Shown here: piece after piece, positions 52,269 through 60,636 of the stretch | Layout: each line of letters opens with the position of its first letter | Numbering within the stretch: position 1 is the first letter of the stretch | Source of the DNA: Anaerolineales bacterium UBA6092 | Lineage (GTDB): Bacteria; Chloroflexota; Anaerolineae; Anaerolineales; UBA4823 | Length of the DNA: 64,000 nucleotides | NCBI GenBank assembly: GCA_002428565.1 | Contig: DIXA01000046.1 | Span: 24,678-88,677 of the forward strand | Direction: 5' to 3' | Translations under genes and position numbers: made by a program | The notes under the pieces: generated by a model | Database searches by the model: none | What the model saw: the letters and a program-made list of their open reading frames with translations, nothing else | What the model was told of the DNA's origin: nothing

Positions 52269-53174
52269 TTATTTCTCCTTTTTTTTCTTACGCTGGGCAT
52301 TGGCAACAACCATATCCATGTAAGGATAGATCGTTCCCCACAACAGCCCGCTCAAAGCAAATAAGATCTTATTATCGAGGCCCGGCAAGATACGATACCG
52401 GCCTCGTTCAACCCCAGAAATGATATCTTGCGCCACAGCCTCGGCACTGAGCGCCTTCATGCTGCCGCTCACGGCTTTGGTCTCCATCGGCTTGATGGTT
52501 GCCTCAAAAGCCAACTGCGGCGTATCCGTATCGGGCGGAAAAACCACCGAGACGCCAATCCCGTGCGGCTTCATCTCAGCCCTCAACGCATCGGATAACC
52601 CCGTCACCGCATATTTCGATGCGCCGTAAGCCGTGTAACCAAATACCCCAATATGCCCCGCCACCGAAGAAAGATTTACAATGTAGCCCGAGCGGCGTTC
52701 CAGCATGCCCGGCAGCAGCGCTTTGATCGTGTGCAGTGTGCCAAAGTAGTTGATCTCCATCATCTGCCGGAAGATTTCCAGCGGGAGTTCCTGCACATAG
52801 CCCGGGTGAGCCACCCCAGCCGAATTGACCACCAGGTCAGGCAGGCCCACCTCCGCCTGCACGCGTGCCACCACCGCCTGGGCTTGCACCCAATCGGAGA
52901 GGTCTGCCGGGACGATGCCGCAGCGCTGGTTGGAGCTCTTTTGGGCAGCCTGCACTTCCACCAACGCCTTTGCCAGCACATCCTCGCGGCGGGCTGTCAG
53001 CCAGACGTGCATACCTCGCTGCGCCAGCAGCCGCGCCGTTGCCAGGCCAATACCGCTGGAGCCGCCCGTGACCAGCGCAACCTTATTTTCGCCAGGGGTG
53101 AATTGAATGCGCAAGGAGATCACCTCACCTGCCAGGATAGGGCTGCCCCGCCAGCCCACGCAAACCAAACTCAA
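52269..53174 (-). CDS. Classical SDR, 3-ketodihydrosphingosine reductase (KDSR/FVT1)-like
   Basis: Motifs: VALVTGGSSGIG, NSAG, catalytic YGASKYAV, and VVFPPDTDTPQLAFEATIKPMETKAVS, which closely parallels the human KDSR segment [26 protein letters not shown]. C-terminal hydrophobic helix plus a QRKKKKEK tail. Start uncertain: TTG 53174 in the track, with TTG 53114 after ggtgaggtga as an alternative. Confidence 0.78.
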   Translation of the reverse strand: MSLVCVGWRGSPILAGEVISLRIQFTPGENKVALVTGGSSGIGLATARLLAQRGMHVWLTARREDVLAKALVEVQAAQKSSNQRCGIVPADLSDWVQAQAVVARVQAEVGLPDLVVNSAGVAHPGYVQELPLEIFRQMMEINYFGTLHTIKALLPGMLERRSGYIVNLSSVAGHIGVFGYTAYGASKYAVTGLSDALRAEMKPHGIGVSVVFPPDTDTPQLAFEATIKPMETKAVSGSMKALSAEAVAQDIISGVERGRYRILPGLDNKILFALSGLLWGTIYPYMDMVVANAQRKKKKEK

Positions 53175-53255
53175 TTATGTCACAAAATCGGCGGTTTTCA
53201 CAAGCAATTTTCACCGGTTTTTAAACCCTTGCCGCTGCCCGCACAATACCCATTT

Positions 53256-53285
53256 TTGACGTTTTTCTCCGACTAAGGGTACAAT
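53256..53285 (+). promoter_or_regulatory. Sigma-70-like promoter upstream of the exonuclease/TPR gene
   Basis: TTGACG (53256-53261), 18-nt spacer, TACAAT (53280-53285). Confidence 0.45.
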
Positions 53286-53317
53286 AGGTGGACGGGCGCA
53301 GCCCAAGAGAACGCACC

Positions 53318-54529
53318 ATGCCATCCCTATCCGATAAACTCAAATCCCTGGGCGTGCAGGTGGGCGCTAAAAACCTGGCCGCGCCGCCAGCCGCGGCGAC
53401 CTTCCCCGTCGAAGATGTTGTTCCCGGTCGCTTCGTGGAAACCTCCGGCGGGCGGGCCTACCTGATCGAGGAGCTCTACCCGCCCAATTACCGCCACGGG
53501 CGCGGCGGCCTTTCGGTCAGCGCTTCGCTGCAAGCCATCGCCGAGTGGGCTGGTGAACCATCCCTGGTGAAGATGCCCTGCGAGCGCTTTGCCTTTCTGG
53601 ATACAGAAACCTCCGGCCTGGCGGGCGGCACCGGCACCTTTGCCTTCCTGGTGGGCGTGGGGCGCTTTGAGGCGGGCGCATTCCGCCTGGCGCAGTTCTT
53701 CATGCCCGACCCGCTGGATGAGCCCGGGCTGCTGCTGGCGCTGGAAGAATTCCTGGCCCCCTGCCAGGTCATCGTCTCGTTCAACGGCAAATCCTTCGAT
53801 ATCCCCCTGCTCAACACGCGCTACACCCTGCAAGGCTGGAAAACCCCCTTCACCGGCCTGGCGCACGTAGACCTGCTGCACCTGGCGCGGCGCATCTGGC
53901 GTGACCGCCTGCCCAGCCGCACCCTCGGCAGCCTGGAAGTGCAGATCTTGCAGTCGCACCGCAGCGAATCCGAAGTGCCCGGCTGGATGATCCCCGAAAT
54001 ATACTTCGAATACCTGCGCAGCCGTGATGCCCGCCCGCTGCAGAATGTCTTCTATCACAACGCCATTGACGTGATCTCCATGGCGGCCTTGCTGCAACAC
54101 ATCGCCCAGCTGCTGGAAGACCCCATCCACAACGCCGACGGCTTCAGCCTGGATCAGGCTGCCGTTGCCCGCCTGCTGGAAGAATTGGGCCATTTAGATG
54201 AAGCCGTGGGCCTGTACCAGGAAGCGCTGGAGGCCGGGCTGCCCTTCGAGGCCTTCCACGATACGCTGCGGCGGCTTTCTCTGCTGCACAAACGCCGAGA
54301 CGATTACGCCGCCGCCCTGCCTCTCTGGCAAAGGGCTGCCGACGAACGGCAGATTTACGCCTTTGTGGAACTGGCCAAGTATTACGAACACCATACCGGC
54401 GAGCTCGATCAGGCCGCCCACTGGACGCAAGCCGCCCTGGAGCGGATCTGCACGCCGATGGAGCGCGCCCAGTGGCAGGCGGAACTGCAGCACCGCCTGC
54501 AGCGTCTACAGCGTAAGCAGTTGAAATAA
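53318..54529 (+). CDS. YprB-like RNase H-fold exonuclease domain protein with C-terminal TPR-like helices
   Basis: In-frame ATG 53318 (the track uses GTG 53288). Motifs: FAFLDTETSGLAGGTGTFAFLVG, FNGKSFDIPLL, YHNAIDV. The C terminus is helical-repeat-like. Confidence 0.75.
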   Translation: MPSLSDKLKSLGVQVGAKNLAAPPAAATFPVEDVVPGRFVETSGGRAYLIEELYPPNYRHGRGGLSVSASLQAIAEWAGEPSLVKMPCERFAFLDTETSGLAGGTGTFAFLVGVGRFEAGAFRLAQFFMPDPLDEPGLLLALEEFLAPCQVIVSFNGKSFDIPLLNTRYTLQGWKTPFTGLAHVDLLHLARRIWRDRLPSRTLGSLEVQILQSHRSESEVPGWMIPEIYFEYLRSRDARPLQNVFYHNAIDVISMAALLQHIAQLLEDPIHNADGFSLDQAAVARLLEELGHLDEAVGLYQEALEAGLPFEAFHDTLRRLSLLHKRRDDYAAALPLWQRAADERQIYAFVELAKYYEHHTGELDQAAHWTQAALERICTPMERAQWQAELQHRLQRLQRKQLK

Positions 54530-54571
54530 GATGTTTGCAGGCAATCTGCACCTGCAAACATCTTATTTCAA
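54521..54571 (+). terminator. Long perfect hairpin overlapping the stop codon of the exonuclease/TPR gene
   Basis: ttgaaataagatgtttgcagg / caatctgca / cctgcaaacatcttatttcaa: 21-bp perfect stem. TAA 54527-54529 lies in the left arm. Confidence 0.65.
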
Positions 54572-54649
54572 CAATCTTTCAAAAATCGTGTATCATTAGA
54601 TATTGGCCCAAGGCAGGCGCTCCACTGCGCCCGGCATCAAGGCAAACCT

Positions 54650-57088
54650 ATGCGCAAACGTGATCTTCTACTCTTCTCGGCCCTGCTGGTGGGGGGCATT
54701 GTGGTAATGCTGGCGCTGGCCAGGCCTGCCGCCGCACAAGCCGTATCCCCGGTGAGCATGACTGCCCAGGTTGGCTACGACGGAACGTGCAAAACCGATG
54801 CCTGGATCCCGGTGCGCGTCACCCTGGAGAACACCGGCCCCAACCTGGAAGCCTACCTGGAAGTCACCCAAGACGGCACCAACACCATCTACGCCTACAA
54901 TATCTCTCTGCCCTCCCAATCGCGCAAAGAGATCACTTTATACATCTTCCCAGAATCGTATGTCTCTAGGCTAAGCCTCACACTGACGGCAGACAAGGCT
55001 CTGCTCTCCAGCCATTCGATCAATATCAACTGCCTGGCCTCCACCGAACTGATCTTCGGGGTGATCGCCAACAGCCCTTCGGCTTACAATATCCTGCTGG
55101 AACTGGATCCCCCCAACGGCAACGCCAACCTCGCCGAGCTCGATCTCACCGCCCTGCCCGATTGGGGCCTGGCTCTGGAAAGCCTGAATGCCCTGGTCAT
55201 TTCCGATGTAGATACCGGCAGCCTGAGCGCCGACCAGCGCGCCGCCCTGCAGGTTTGGGTTGCCGGGGGCGGGCAGTTGATCGTCACCGGCGGAGCAGGC
55301 TGGCAAAAGACTGCCGCCGGTCTGCAAGATCTGCTGCCCCTGATCCCCAACAGCAGCCAGACCATCGGCAGCCTGCAAGCCCTGGGCGATTTTGCCGGGG
55401 GCGCTACGCCTCCCAACAGTCAGGCAACTTTGATCGCCACAGGCAACCTGGCAGCAAGCGCCCAGGTACTCGCCCGGCAAGACAATCTGCCGTTGATTGC
55501 CTGGCATTCCATTGGCAATGGCGGTGTTTTCTACCTGACCTTCGACCCATCCCAAGACGCGCTGCGCAACTGGAACGATGCCGAAGCCTTTTACCGGCAC
55601 CTGCTCTCCTGGCGTCTGGATGCCCCCGCCTGGGCAGGCGGCTTTCAGGATTGGGATAGCGTCCGTGAAGTCGCCACCAACCTGCCCGGGCTGGAATTTG
55701 GCTTTACCCTGCTGATCTGCGGTTTTTTGGTTGTGTATGTGATCGCCATCGGGCCGGTCAATTACCTGGCGCTGCGCTACCTCAAACGGCGCGAACTGGC
55801 CTGGGTGAGCATCCCCCTGCTGGTGGTTCTCTTCAGCGGCATCTCCTTCATCGTTGGCGGCCTCACCCGCGGCCACCAGCCGGTGATGAACCGACTGTCG
55901 GTCGTGCAGGCGTGGAGCGGGGTGCCCCAGGCGCGCGTGGATATGGCCGTGGGCATCTACTCCCCACGCCGCGCCACCTACCAATTCGCTGTGGGTAACC
56001 AGTCCGTTCCCCATCCAATTTTAGACTACTACAGCATAAGCACCCGCGACACCACCATTCTGCAAGCATCCGACTCCGCGGCTGTGCCTGACCTGCGCAT
56101 CGAAGTGGGCACCACCCAGGCCCTGGCTGTGGAAGGGATCGTTGACGCCCCTGCGTTTACCAACAACTTGCGCATCGAAGTCAACCCCCAGGGCACCTTC
56201 CTGCGTGGCAGCCTGAGCAACCAGAGCGACCTGCGCCTCGAAGACGCTGTGCTGCTCTACCCAGGCGGCGCATACACCATTGGCGATCTACCCCCCGCGC
56301 AAAGCCTGGATGTAGACCTGCCTCTGGTGCACTCCCAACCGGCTGGAGCGACGAATAGCGCCTTTTATTTACCCCCCGGTTTGGCCTTACCAGGCAGCAC
56401 TTCCTATTACAACTATTACGGCAGTTCATCTTCCAACATCACAGATATTCTGGGAAGCTCCTACTATTACGACGACCCAGACCTGTACATGCGTTCCCGC
56501 ATGCTATATGCACTGTTTGGCGCTTACTCGTCGGGAGAGCGTGGCGGCGGCATTTACCTGGCAGGCTGGACGGACGAGTGCCCGCTGGAGGCAAAACTTA
56601 CCCATCGGACTTCGCGCAACAACGATCGGACCCTGTACCTGATCTCGCTCACCCCGCCCATCTCGCCCAGCGGCAGCACCCTCAGGCTGACCCCTGGCGC
56701 CTTTGTGTGGAGTTCAGCCAGTGATACTGGAGATTACTACTACTACGACAACTACAGCCAGACCATTTACGCGGGTGAATTGTACACGTTCCAATTCGCC
56801 CTGGCGTACCCGATCGCATACACCAGCATCCATTCCCTGACCCTGCACCTCGACCGAAGCAGCGGCTATGGGAACCCCAACCAGCCCACCGGCCTGGATG
56901 TATCCCTGTGGAATTACCGCGAAGATGCATGGGATCCAATCATCATCACTGCATGGGGAAGCGAGTCCGTCTTATACCCAGAACAATATGTAGGGCCGGG
57001 AGGCGCGATCCTCTTGCGCATTAAAAATACATCCTCCTCCTCCATCAACCTGAGCAAGATCGATTTCACCCTGGAAGTTACCCCCTGA
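54650..57088 (+). CDS. Large membrane protein with extracytoplasmic GATase1-like (GldG/DUF1355/ThuA-like) segment; function unknown
   Basis: 812 aa. N-terminal signal/anchor LLLFSALLVGGIVVMLALARPAAAQA. The segment LNALVISDVDTGSLSADQRAALQVWVAGGGQLIVTGG is reminiscent of GATase1-like auxiliary proteins. A central pair or trio of TM helices lies at about nt 55700-55865. The C-terminal part is Tyr/Ser-rich. Confidence 0.7.
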   Translation: MRKRDLLLFSALLVGGIVVMLALARPAAAQAVSPVSMTAQVGYDGTCKTDAWIPVRVTLENTGPNLEAYLEVTQDGTNTIYAYNISLPSQSRKEITLYIFPESYVSRLSLTLTADKALLSSHSININCLASTELIFGVIANSPSAYNILLELDPPNGNANLAELDLTALPDWGLALESLNALVISDVDTGSLSADQRAALQVWVAGGGQLIVTGGAGWQKTAAGLQDLLPLIPNSSQTIGSLQALGDFAGGATPPNSQATLIATGNLAASAQVLARQDNLPLIAWHSIGNGGVFYLTFDPSQDALRNWNDAEAFYRHLLSWRLDAPAWAGGFQDWDSVREVATNLPGLEFGFTLLICGFLVVYVIAIGPVNYLALRYLKRRELAWVSIPLLVVLFSGISFIVGGLTRGHQPVMNRLSVVQAWSGVPQARVDMAVGIYSPRRATYQFAVGNQSVPHPILDYYSISTRDTTILQASDSAAVPDLRIEVGTTQALAVEGIVDAPAFTNNLRIEVNPQGTFLRGSLSNQSDLRLEDAVLLYPGGAYTIGDLPPAQSLDVDLPLVHSQPAGATNSAFYLPPGLALPGSTSYYNYYGSSSSNITDILGSSYYYDDPDLYMRSRMLYALFGAYSSGERGGGIYLAGWTDECPLEAKLTHRTSRNNDRTLYLISLTPPISPSGSTLRLTPGAFVWSSASDTGDYYYYDNYSQTIYAGELYTFQFALAYPIAYTSIHSLTLHLDRSSGYGNPNQPTGLDVSLWNYREDAWDPIIITAWGSESVLYPEQYVGPGGAILLRIKNTSSSSINLSKIDFTLEVTP

Positions 57089-57098
57089 TGAGCCCGCC

Positions 57099-58058
57099 AT
57101 GAGCAACATCATCGAGATCCAAAACCTTTCCAAACGCTACAACGGTCGCCCGGCGGTAGATGCGTTAAACCTGAGCGTTGCCCAGGGTGATATCTTCGGC
57201 TTTGTCGGCCCCAATGGCGCCGGTAAGACCACCACCATCCGCATCATGTGCACACTGCTGCAAGCCACCCAGGGAGATATCCTGGTGGCGGGGCATTCGG
57301 TGCGCAAGCATTCTCGCCAGGTGCGCCAGACCATTGGCTACATGCCCGATTTCTTCGGCGTCTACACCGATATGCTGGTGTGGGAGTACCTGGACTTTTT
57401 CGGCGCCTGCTACGAGATCCCCCGCCCCAAGCGCGCCGGGCTGATCAAAGACCTGCTGGAGCTGGTGGACCTGAGCCACCGCCGCGACGACCCGGTGGAC
57501 CGCCTCTCGCGCGGCATGAAACAGCGCCTCAGTTTGGCCCGCACCCTCATCCACGACCCGCAGGTGCTCATCCTGGATGAGCCCGCCTCCGGGCTTGACC
57601 CGCGCGCCCGGGTGGAGATCCGTGAGCTGCTGGTGGAATTGGCCCGCATGGGCAAGACCATCTTCTTCTCCACCCACATCCTCTCCGACGTGGCGGAAAT
57701 CTGCACCCGTGTCGGCATCATCGAGGCTGGTAAACTGGTGGCGGTCGGCTCGCTAGAAGAATTGCAGCAGCACCTGCTGCCCCATCGCCTGGTGCGCATT
57801 GCCGTGTTGGAGCGCGCCGAAGACGCCGCCGCCCTGCTGCAAGCCGCCCCGGGGGTGCAATCGGTCAATATCCTGCCCGCAGGCAACAAAGAGGGTCAGG
57901 TGGTGCGCCTAGAATTGGAATACCTGGGCGAAGATACCTCCCTCACCGCTCTGTTGAAAACGCTGATAGACCAGAGCATCCCCGTACTCAGTTTCAACGT
58001 GGACAGCCGCGACCTGGAGGAAGTTTTCATGCGGGCAACGAAAGGATTGGTAACGTGA
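57099..58058 (+). CDS. ABC transporter ATP-binding protein (ABC-2/DrrA-CcmA type)
   Basis: Walker A GPNGAGKTT, signature LSRGMKQRL, Walker B ILDEPASGLD. C-terminal extension domain. Confidence 0.92.
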   Translation: MSNIIEIQNLSKRYNGRPAVDALNLSVAQGDIFGFVGPNGAGKTTTIRIMCTLLQATQGDILVAGHSVRKHSRQVRQTIGYMPDFFGVYTDMLVWEYLDFFGACYEIPRPKRAGLIKDLLELVDLSHRRDDPVDRLSRGMKQRLSLARTLIHDPQVLILDEPASGLDPRARVEIRELLVELARMGKTIFFSTHILSDVAEICTRVGIIEAGKLVAVGSLEELQQHLLPHRLVRIAVLERAEDAAALLQAAPGVQSVNILPAGNKEGQVVRLELEYLGEDTSLTALLKTLIDQSIPVLSFNVDSRDLEEVFMRATKGLVT

Positions 58059-58972
58059 ACCGCTTCCTCGACAACCCGGTTTTGCTCAAAGAGTTCCGCG
58101 GCCGCATGCGCGGCGGCAAAGCCTTCATTTTATTGACCATTTACCTGGTCTTACTCAGCGGCATGGTGGGGATCGTGCTGCTTTCGTTCACGCTGACCGA
58201 GCAAGCCTCCTACGGCTACGGTAGCAGCGGCATCTCCGAATACATCGGCAAGGTGCTCTTCTGGGTAGTTGCCGGGTCAGAGCTGATGATGGTCTGCTTT
58301 ATCGCCCCGGCCCTCACCGCCGGAGCGATCTCCTCTGAGCACGAGCGGCAGACCTATGACCTGCTGCGCACCACCCTGCTCTCGGCGAAATCGCTGGTGT
58401 TCGGCAAGTTCACCTCAGCCGTTTCCTTCCTTATCTTGCTGCTCATTGTCGGCTTCCCCTTGCAAAGCCTGGCTTACCTGCTGGGCGGCGTGGCCATTGA
58501 AGAGGTGCTCATCGCCTTCCTCATCCTGGTGGTCACAGTGCTGCTCTTCAGCGCCATTGGCCTGTTCGTTTCCTCTTTCACCAAGCACAACCTGGTCGCC
58601 ACCGTGGTCAGTTACGTGATCGCCAACCTGATCGTCTTCGGCGTTCCGGCGTTTGCCTACACCGCCCTGATCTTCATCGCCGGGACATCCCTGAGCATGC
58701 CCACCCTCACCACCATGCAAGAGACGCTGGTCACCATCCTCCTGATCATCGCCGCCTGGGTCTTTGTGGCGATCAACCCCATCGCCGCCGCCATCGGCAC
58801 CGAGGTGATGCTCATCACCGAGCAAAGCGCCATTTACGCTTCCATCCCCCTGCCCAACAGTTGGAGCTTCCCGCTGATCTCCCCCTGGATCGGCTATGTG
58901 CTGTTTTACCTGCTGGTCAGCCTGGTGTTGATCTTCTTCAGCATCCGTTTTGTCAAACGCGTGGATAAGTAG
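58055..58972 (+). CDS. ABC-2-type permease
   Basis: The GTG start overlaps the upstream TGA (GTGA). 305 aa, about 6 helices. N terminus NPVLLKEFRGRMRG is typical of ABC-2 permeases in uncharacterised-exporter clusters. Confidence 0.75.
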   Translation: MNRFLDNPVLLKEFRGRMRGGKAFILLTIYLVLLSGMVGIVLLSFTLTEQASYGYGSSGISEYIGKVLFWVVAGSELMMVCFIAPALTAGAISSEHERQTYDLLRTTLLSAKSLVFGKFTSAVSFLILLLIVGFPLQSLAYLLGGVAIEEVLIAFLILVVTVLLFSAIGLFVSSFTKHNLVATVVSYVIANLIVFGVPAFAYTALIFIAGTSLSMPTLTTMQETLVTILLIIAAWVFVAINPIAAAIGTEVMLITEQSAIYASIPLPNSWSFPLISPWIGYVLFYLLVSLVLIFFSIRFVKRVDK

Positions 58973-58979
58973 ACCCGCC

Positions 58980-60599
58980 ATGAACACTGCCCCCGACCGC
59001 CTGGAAAGCCTGAACCAACGCCTATCCGCCTGGATGCGCTGGTACCGCCTGCGCCGGGCTGCCGATTGGGCCGGGTATGGACTGGTGTTTGGCATGGCTG
59101 CCGGGCTGGGCTTTTCCCTGGCGGCAGTCTTCGCCGCCCGCCTGCTGCTGCCCGAATTCATCCTGTTTACTTTGATCTCAGGCCTGCTGGGCCTGGTTTT
59201 TGCCGCCGCGGCGGGTTACTTGTGGCGGCTCTCACCCCAGCAGGCAGCCGTATACTTTGACCGCGCCCTGGGCCTGAAAGAACGCCTGAGCACCGCCCTG
59301 GAGCTGGCGCAGCCCGGCCGCGCCGAGGGCATTTCCGCCGAGATGGTGCAGCGCCAGCGCCAGGATGCCCTGGCGGCCAGCCAGGCAGTCAACCCGCGCT
59401 CCCGCCTGCCACTGCGCTTCAACCGCCTCCACGCCATTGTCTCCGTGCTGATCCTGGCGCTGGTCACCCTGGTGGCATTGCGCGGCGAGACGCTTTTCCA
59501 GGCTGCCCTGCAGCACCGCGCCATCCAGCAGGCCATCAGCCAGCAGATCGAGCGGATCGAGGCCATCCAGTCCACCATCGAGAACAACCCCAACCTCACC
59601 CCAGAACAAAAAGAGGCCCTGCTCCAGCCGCTGGAAGAAGCCCTGCAAGGTTTGCGTGAAGCCGAGACGGTCGAGCAGGCTGTTTCGGTGCTGACCGCCG
59701 CCGAGCAAGAATTAGAGGCCCTGCAAGACCCCGCCGCCAGCCAGCAGAGCCAGGCCCTGCAAGAGATTGGCGACAGCCTGAGCCAGCAACAAGGCAGCCC
59801 CCTGCAGGAATTTGGCCAGGAGTTGGCCAGCGGTGATGTCGCCGGTGCAGCCCAGGAACTCTCCCAGATCGATCCCGCCAGCCTGAGCGCGGAAGAAGCC
59901 GTCGCTCTGGCCGAGCAGCTGCAAGAAGCCGCCGAGGCGCTCCAATCCACCGATCCCGCCCTGGCAGAACAGTTGAGTCAGGCCGCCGAGGCCCTCCAGA
60001 ACGGGGACGCCGAAGCCGCGCAGCAAGCGCTGCAGCAGGCCAGCCAGTCCCTCGCCCAGGCCAGCCAGCAGATCGCCGGGTCACAGGCGGCGGGCGAGGC
60101 AGCCTCGCAGGTTGGCCAGGGGCAGCAGCAGATGCTCCAATCGGGCCTCAGCCAGCAGGCACAGAGCGGGCAGGGCCAGGGTCAAGGCGAAGGTCAGAGC
60201 GAGGGCCAGGGTGAGGGCTCCAGCACCCAGCCCGGCGAGGCCGGCACAGGCAGCGGCGATGCCGGGGACGCCCAGGGCTCCGAGGCCGGTGAAGATCCCA
60301 TCTCCCAGGGCAATGGCCCCGGCGATGGCGGCGAATCGGCTTACGAGCCGATCTATGCTCCAGAGCATCTGGGCGGCGAAGGCGGCGCGGATGTCACCCT
60401 GCCCACCAGCGGCGACCCCAACGGAGAGGTGATTGGCCAGGGCAACACCACCCCCGGCGCCCCCAACCAGAGCAGCGTGCCTTACGTGGAAGCGTATCCT
60501 TACTATGAGCAGTTCTACCGCCAGGCCCTTGAGAACGGGCGGGTGCCGATGAGTATGCGCGAATATGTGCGGCGTTATTTCTCCTCTCTCGAACCTTGA
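58980..60599 (+). CDS. Membrane-anchored coiled-coil / acidic low-complexity protein (DUF4175-like?)
   Basis: ATG 58980 lies 7 nt after the permease stop (track start 58950 overlaps). Two N-terminal TM helices. LKERLSTALEL motif. A third helix. A Q/A/E/L-rich helical region of about 250 aa. A GQGQGEGQSEGQGEG acidic Gly-rich region. Conserved-looking C terminus YYEQFYRQALENGRVPMSMREYVRRYFSSLEP. Confidence 0.65.
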   Translation: MNTAPDRLESLNQRLSAWMRWYRLRRAADWAGYGLVFGMAAGLGFSLAAVFAARLLLPEFILFTLISGLLGLVFAAAAGYLWRLSPQQAAVYFDRALGLKERLSTALELAQPGRAEGISAEMVQRQRQDALAASQAVNPRSRLPLRFNRLHAIVSVLILALVTLVALRGETLFQAALQHRAIQQAISQQIERIEAIQSTIENNPNLTPEQKEALLQPLEEALQGLREAETVEQAVSVLTAAEQELEALQDPAASQQSQALQEIGDSLSQQQGSPLQEFGQELASGDVAGAAQELSQIDPASLSAEEAVALAEQLQEAAEALQSTDPALAEQLSQAAEALQNGDAEAAQQALQQASQSLAQASQQIAGSQAAGEAASQVGQGQQQMLQSGLSQQAQSGQGQGQGEGQSEGQGEGSSTQPGEAGTGSGDAGDAQGSEAGEDPISQGNGPGDGGESAYEPIYAPEHLGGEGGADVTLPTSGDPNGEVIGQGNTTPGAPNQSSVPYVEAYPYYEQFYRQALENGRVPMSMREYVRRYFSSLEP

Positions 60600-60636
60600 T
60601 TTCGTGCTAAAATACTACAGGCCACACTGAGCAAAC

